NCBI GenBank assembly: GCA_965223865.1
Contig: OZ245020.1
Span: 800,001-864,000, forward strand
DNA length: 64,000 nt
Source of the DNA: Nitrosarchaeum sp.
GTDB taxonomy: Archaea; Thermoproteota; Nitrososphaeria; Nitrososphaerales; Nitrosopumilaceae
Direction of reading: 5' to 3'
Part shown: in pieces, positions 60,749 through 64,000 of the stretch
Position numbering within the stretch: position 1 is the stretch's first letter
How the letters are laid out: every line of letters begins with the position of its first letter
The notes under the pieces: generated by a model
The model's database searches: none
Told to the model about the DNA's origin: nothing
Seen by the model: only the letters and a program-made list of their open reading frames with translations
Translations under genes and position numbers: made by a program

Positions 60749-61510
60749 TTAAGATTTTATTTTTCGTGGACCTGTCTTACCATCTACAGAAATTATTGCG
60801 CCAAACTTGTCAAATTGGACATGCTTGATGCGAAGCGATAACAGTTCACTTGGTCTGGTGCCAGCTTCATAGTGTACCGCAATCGGTGCCTTTACTCTGT
60901 AATTCTTTTCGACAGCCTTTATCAACTGTCTGTATTCCAAGTCCGTCAAGAGTTCTTCTCTTACTAGATAGTCTTTTACTTGTCGTGCCTTGACTCCTTT
61001 TGTTTCGGGAGGATCTCCTACATCTTTGAAATCCCTTGAGCCAAGCTTAAACCATCTAAAAAATAATTTTAGTATCTTTTTGTGATCATAAGTGTAATTG
61101 GTCTCTTGACCTTTCTCATTTCCGTACATACTCATAATCTTAAAGACGACCTCATCAATGTCAGATTTTGTAGCATCTGTCCAGTCTTTTTTCAATATTC
61201 TTGAAAGGTTCAGGACTGTCTGCAAATGCTTTAGTCTAGTTGATTTTGCAAGAGATTCTTGTACCATGTGTTGATTGTATTTTTTTATCAGTCTGGCGTT
61301 GTACTCTGAAAGATCTCTGTCAATTACCTCATAAACTCTCTCTAGTTTTGTATTATATGGATGGATATCAAATCCTTCGCTTTTCTTTGATGTCTTTGAT
61401 ATGCGGAGTTGCTTTACTATGCTAGAGGGAATTCCAAGATATACTGTTTCTCCATTTCCGCCAACCCATGGCTTTTTGACTGAAAGAAATGGACTTTGTG
61501 TTTTTCTCAT
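60749..61510 (-). pseudogene. Truncated tyrosine integrase with fused AbrB-like N-terminus
   Basis: YEAGTRPSELL.LRIKHV, VDGKTG.R present; HxxR and catalytic Tyr region missing. Confidence 0.85.
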
Positions 61511-61541
61511 GGTTTGTTGTGTATGATTTCATTTAAGGACA

Positions 61542-61585
61542 GTCCTGACTGTCAAGCTGTCCTGACTGTCAAGCTGTCCTGACTG
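61542..61585. repeat. 17-bp tandem repeat, 2.6 copies (GTCCTGACTGTCAAGCT)
   Basis: Directly visible upstream of the integrase chimera. Confidence 0.85.
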
Positions 61586-61770
61586 CTCCTATCACAACAG
61601 AGATGACACAAATTATCTCCATTTTAGGCACAAATTCTCACATTACAGACCAATTATGAATACAATTCACAGGACAAAAGAGTTCGCAATTATACTATTA
61701 TTACATAATCAATTAATTTCTAAATCACAACTCATCTTTGATTCCACCGGCAATCTGTTCTTTTGATAAT

Positions 61771-61902
61771 TTAGATGAGAATGATTTTTCTTCTTTGAGT
61801 GTCAATTGTATACAGACACTCCGAACAAACCTGTAATGAATCATCATACTCTGAGACATGTCTCTTGTTAAGACAAATGTCACAAAAGATATCTCCTGTC
61901 AC
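61771..61902 (-). CDS. Zn-finger microprotein (43 aa)
   Basis: MTGDIFCDICLNKRHVSEYDDSLQVCSECLYTIDTQRRKIILI. Confidence 0.55.
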   Translation of the reverse strand: MTGDIFCDICLNKRHVSEYDDSLQVCSECLYTIDTQRRKIILI

Positions 61903-61997
61903 TGGTACCTATCAGAAGTTTTAGTATATTTGAAATTCTATGTTTCTATTTTTCACATAACATGTGGTATTAATACACAAAATGACATCTAGATACC

Positions 61998-62153
61998 ATG
62001 TCACAACGAATTACAATAATGTTAAGTTCAGAGATTTCATCTAAGCTACGCAACATACAGTCAAGGATGATAAAACCCTCTGACAAGTCGATTAGTTTCT
62101 CCAAAGTGATTAATGATGTTCTAGAAGAAGGACTAAAACACTACAAGCTATGA
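61998..62153 (+). CDS. Ribbon-helix-helix-like small DNA-binding protein (51 aa)
   Basis: MSQRITIML...KLRNIQSRMI...SISFSKVINDVLEEGL. Confidence 0.75.
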   Translation: MSQRITIMLSSEISSKLRNIQSRMIKPSDKSISFSKVINDVLEEGLKHYKL

Positions 62154-62243
62154 TATCTCCAGTGAACATTCATCAGAACATATTCTTCTGTTAAACACAT
62201 CCTCATACTCTCGATTACAATGTACACATCTTCTAAAGCTCAT
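62148..62243 (-). CDS. TRASH-like Zn microprotein (31 aa)
   Basis: MSFRRCVHCNREYEDVFNRRICSDECSLEIS. Confidence 0.55.
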   Translation of the reverse strand: MSFRRCVHCNREYEDVFNRRICSDECSLEIS

Positions 62244-62276
62244 AATACTATTACACAGTTCAAGAATATAATCTAG

Positions 62277-62483
62277 TCAGATTCTGATCTTTGTCTTTTT
62301 CTTTCTGTACTGGTTGCCCTTGGGTTTACTTCTTAGCATGTATCCGCAACACGGACACCACAGTCCTTCCCACTTTATGTAAATTGAACACGTGGTACAT
62401 CTCTTGGCACCCCTTGTATACCATGACTCATACCTTTTTCCTTTAGTCATTTTGTACCTGTGGCATATTTCCTGGCATACCAT
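62277..62483 (-). CDS. Thaumarchaeal Cys-rich small Zn-binding protein, paralog 2
   Basis: CQEIC...GAKRCTTC..IKWEGLWCPCCGY.LRSKP. Confidence 0.85.
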   Translation of the reverse strand: MVCQEICHRYKMTKGKRYESWYTRGAKRCTTCSIYIKWEGLWCPCCGYMLRSKPKGNQYRKKKTKIRI

Positions 62484-62598
62484 AATAACCTCATACCAAA
62501 ATTATCCTAATTATTTCTGTTTTCACTATACATTTGTGGGCATGATTTTTCAAATTAAGCTAAGTGATCTTTAAAGATCATAAAAACCTGAAGCAATC

Positions 62599-62826
62599 AT
62601 GGCCGAATATGTCCAGTCATGGAGAAAGAGACTGAGACTCAAGCATCTTGTAGATCTTGCACAAAAAGAACTGGGAGAAGAATATGACTATAAGGACATT
62701 GAAAAAATCCAAGAAAAACTAGATTCTGAGATGAAGAAAAAGTGGAAGCTGATAAAAAGTACCAGAAAAGAGTATCTTGAGATTGTACAAAAAATTCTGA
62801 GAAAAGAGTATGTGCTTCAAGTCTAA
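62599..62826 (+). CDS. Small basic helical hypothetical protein
   Basis: Intact ORF with TATA-like element about 25 nt upstream. Confidence 0.7.
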   Translation: MAEYVQSWRKRLRLKHLVDLAQKELGEEYDYKDIEKIQEKLDSEMKKKWKLIKSTRKEYLEIVQKILRKEYVLQV

Positions 62827-63000
62827 AATTATTAATAATTGTCATTTCATGATTGGGATATTTTTTTTGAATCAATGGTATCTCAGGTAAGATAATCAAG
62901 TAAAGCTAAATCAAAAACTAATGACATTAGACAACAACAATTAACTTGCAGTAAGATGTTGTATCTTTATTCGTTATTACAATAATGAATAAAATCAATT

Positions 63001-63106
63001 GGAAGCTGACTATCGGTCGTGCACACCCTTTACGTAGCGTCACTGTATGCTTCGCCAGCAAACCGATGTAAAGTATGAGACTGTCGGGAAAACAGTGTCA
63101 GCTTCC
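63001..63106 (-). ncRNA. Candidate multi-branched structured RNA
   Basis: 10-bp closing stem GGAAGCTGAC/GTCAGCTTCC, four inner helices with minus-strand G-U pairs, TTTTTAT about 25-30 nt upstream. Confidence 0.55.
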
Positions 63107-63263
63107 TTATATTATATAACTGAATTTGAGATAAAAAAGATCCGATCATCGTTATTTTATTTAAAAAATATACAAAAAACAAATTTTATTCTGATTTGTT
63201 GCCAAATCAATCAGTTTGCATCTGTAAATTCTGCAAGTCGCCAACCATCCAACCAAAATTTAA

Positions 63264-63530
63264 TTGTCTCAAAAAACGTCTTATCGTGTGGGCAAAGGCA
63301 TCATCATAGGAATTATCATTGCCATTGTTGCAGTTGGCTTTATTCTGACATATACTAACACTGCTGATGTGCTAAAGCCTGAGATCGAATCATCAGTGGA
63401 TACTGCAAAAGATGCAATATCCCAAGTGGATAAAGATGAGGTGGTAGAAAAAGCCGAGCAAGTAACAGAGAAGATCAAAGACGTGACTGGCAAGATCAAA
63501 GTGACAAATCCTCTAGAATCTGAAAAATAA
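63264..63530 (+). CDS. Membrane-anchored helical hypothetical protein
   Basis: N-terminal TM, amphipathic helix. Confidence 0.7.
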   Translation: MSQKTSYRVGKGIIIGIIIAIVAVGFILTYTNTADVLKPEIESSVDTAKDAISQVDKDEVVEKAEQVTEKIKDVTGKIKVTNPLESEK

Positions 63531-63557
63531 CTAGCTAACTCTAAAACTGGCTTTATT

Positions 63558-63758
63558 CTATATTCTGTTGATTTTAGCCTCGTTTCTGTACTTGATTGAC
63601 TTGGTTTTGAGCTGATATTTGCAGCATGGACATCTATTCTCATCAATCTTCATAAACACTGCGCAATGCGAACAGTATTTCTGTCCTGATTCATATCTTG
63701 AGATGCCAGTATCGGGTTTTTTGACTCTATACTGATGGCAGATGTTGGTGCAGGACAA
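63558..63758 (-). CDS. Thaumarchaeal Cys-rich small Zn-binding protein, paralog 3
   Basis: CTNIC...RYESGQKYCSHC...CPCC..LKTK. Confidence 0.85.
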   Translation of the reverse strand: MSCTNICHQYRVKKPDTGISRYESGQKYCSHCAVFMKIDENRCPCCKYQLKTKSIKYRNEAKINRI

Positions 63759-63873
63759 GTGTAAAGATGATTGAAATGCTTGATAATTAATTTCAATGAT
63801 GTAAATTCTGTTGACCTGGATCGAGGCAAAATTAAATTTTATAATTCAAATTATATCCTGACAGGTTTTTCTC

Positions 63874-63978
63874 ATGATAGGGTTGTGCTGCAAATGTTAT
63901 TCTTCAGGAGTATCTCTTGTGTTAGATGTAGATGTCATTGAGGCAGTTTGCAATAAGTGCAGAGAAAAGAAGAGTTAA
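63874..63978 (+). CDS. Zn-ribbon microprotein (34 aa)
   Basis: MIGLCCKCYSSGVSLVLDVDVIEAVCNKCREKKS; paralog of 53841. Confidence 0.7.
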   Translation: MIGLCCKCYSSGVSLVLDVDVIEAVCNKCREKKS

Positions 63979-64000
63979 AACTTGACAATCCTTGGATGCG

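Noticed and set aside
63047-63358. 103-aa plus-strand ORF
   Set aside because: Non-coding-like composition; overlaps the structured RNA candidate and the 63264 gene out of frame.

Overview
AT-rich archaeal DNA. Gene content (RadA, Topo VI, Nop5/fibrillarin, histone, cupredoxins, PEFG-CTERM protein, typical small conserved proteins) points to a Nitrosopumilus-like thaumarchaeon (Nitrososphaerota). Bases 1 to ~43,500 are mostly intact core genome: translation, tRNA/rRNA modification, nucleotide metabolism, Topo VI, tRNA-Cys, plus an OLD-like ATPase and an AIPR protein. Bases ~43,500-64,000 are an eroding accessory region with frameshifted and chimeric genes, a truncated tyrosine integrase, tRNA-3'-derived 11-6-11 recombination-like sites, many unannotated Zn-finger microproteins and several candidate structured RNAs. 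The most striking observation is two intact, convergent tRNA genes (53364-53448 +, 55316-55406 -). Both have serine-type bodies (long variable arm, G73, near-identical T arms) but carry Phe (GAA) and Ile (GAT) anticodons. They bracket a ~2 kb cassette of Zn-finger, AbrB-like and orphan genes and are candidate mistranslating or decoy tRNAs. All product calls come from motif recognition by eye; no database searches were run.
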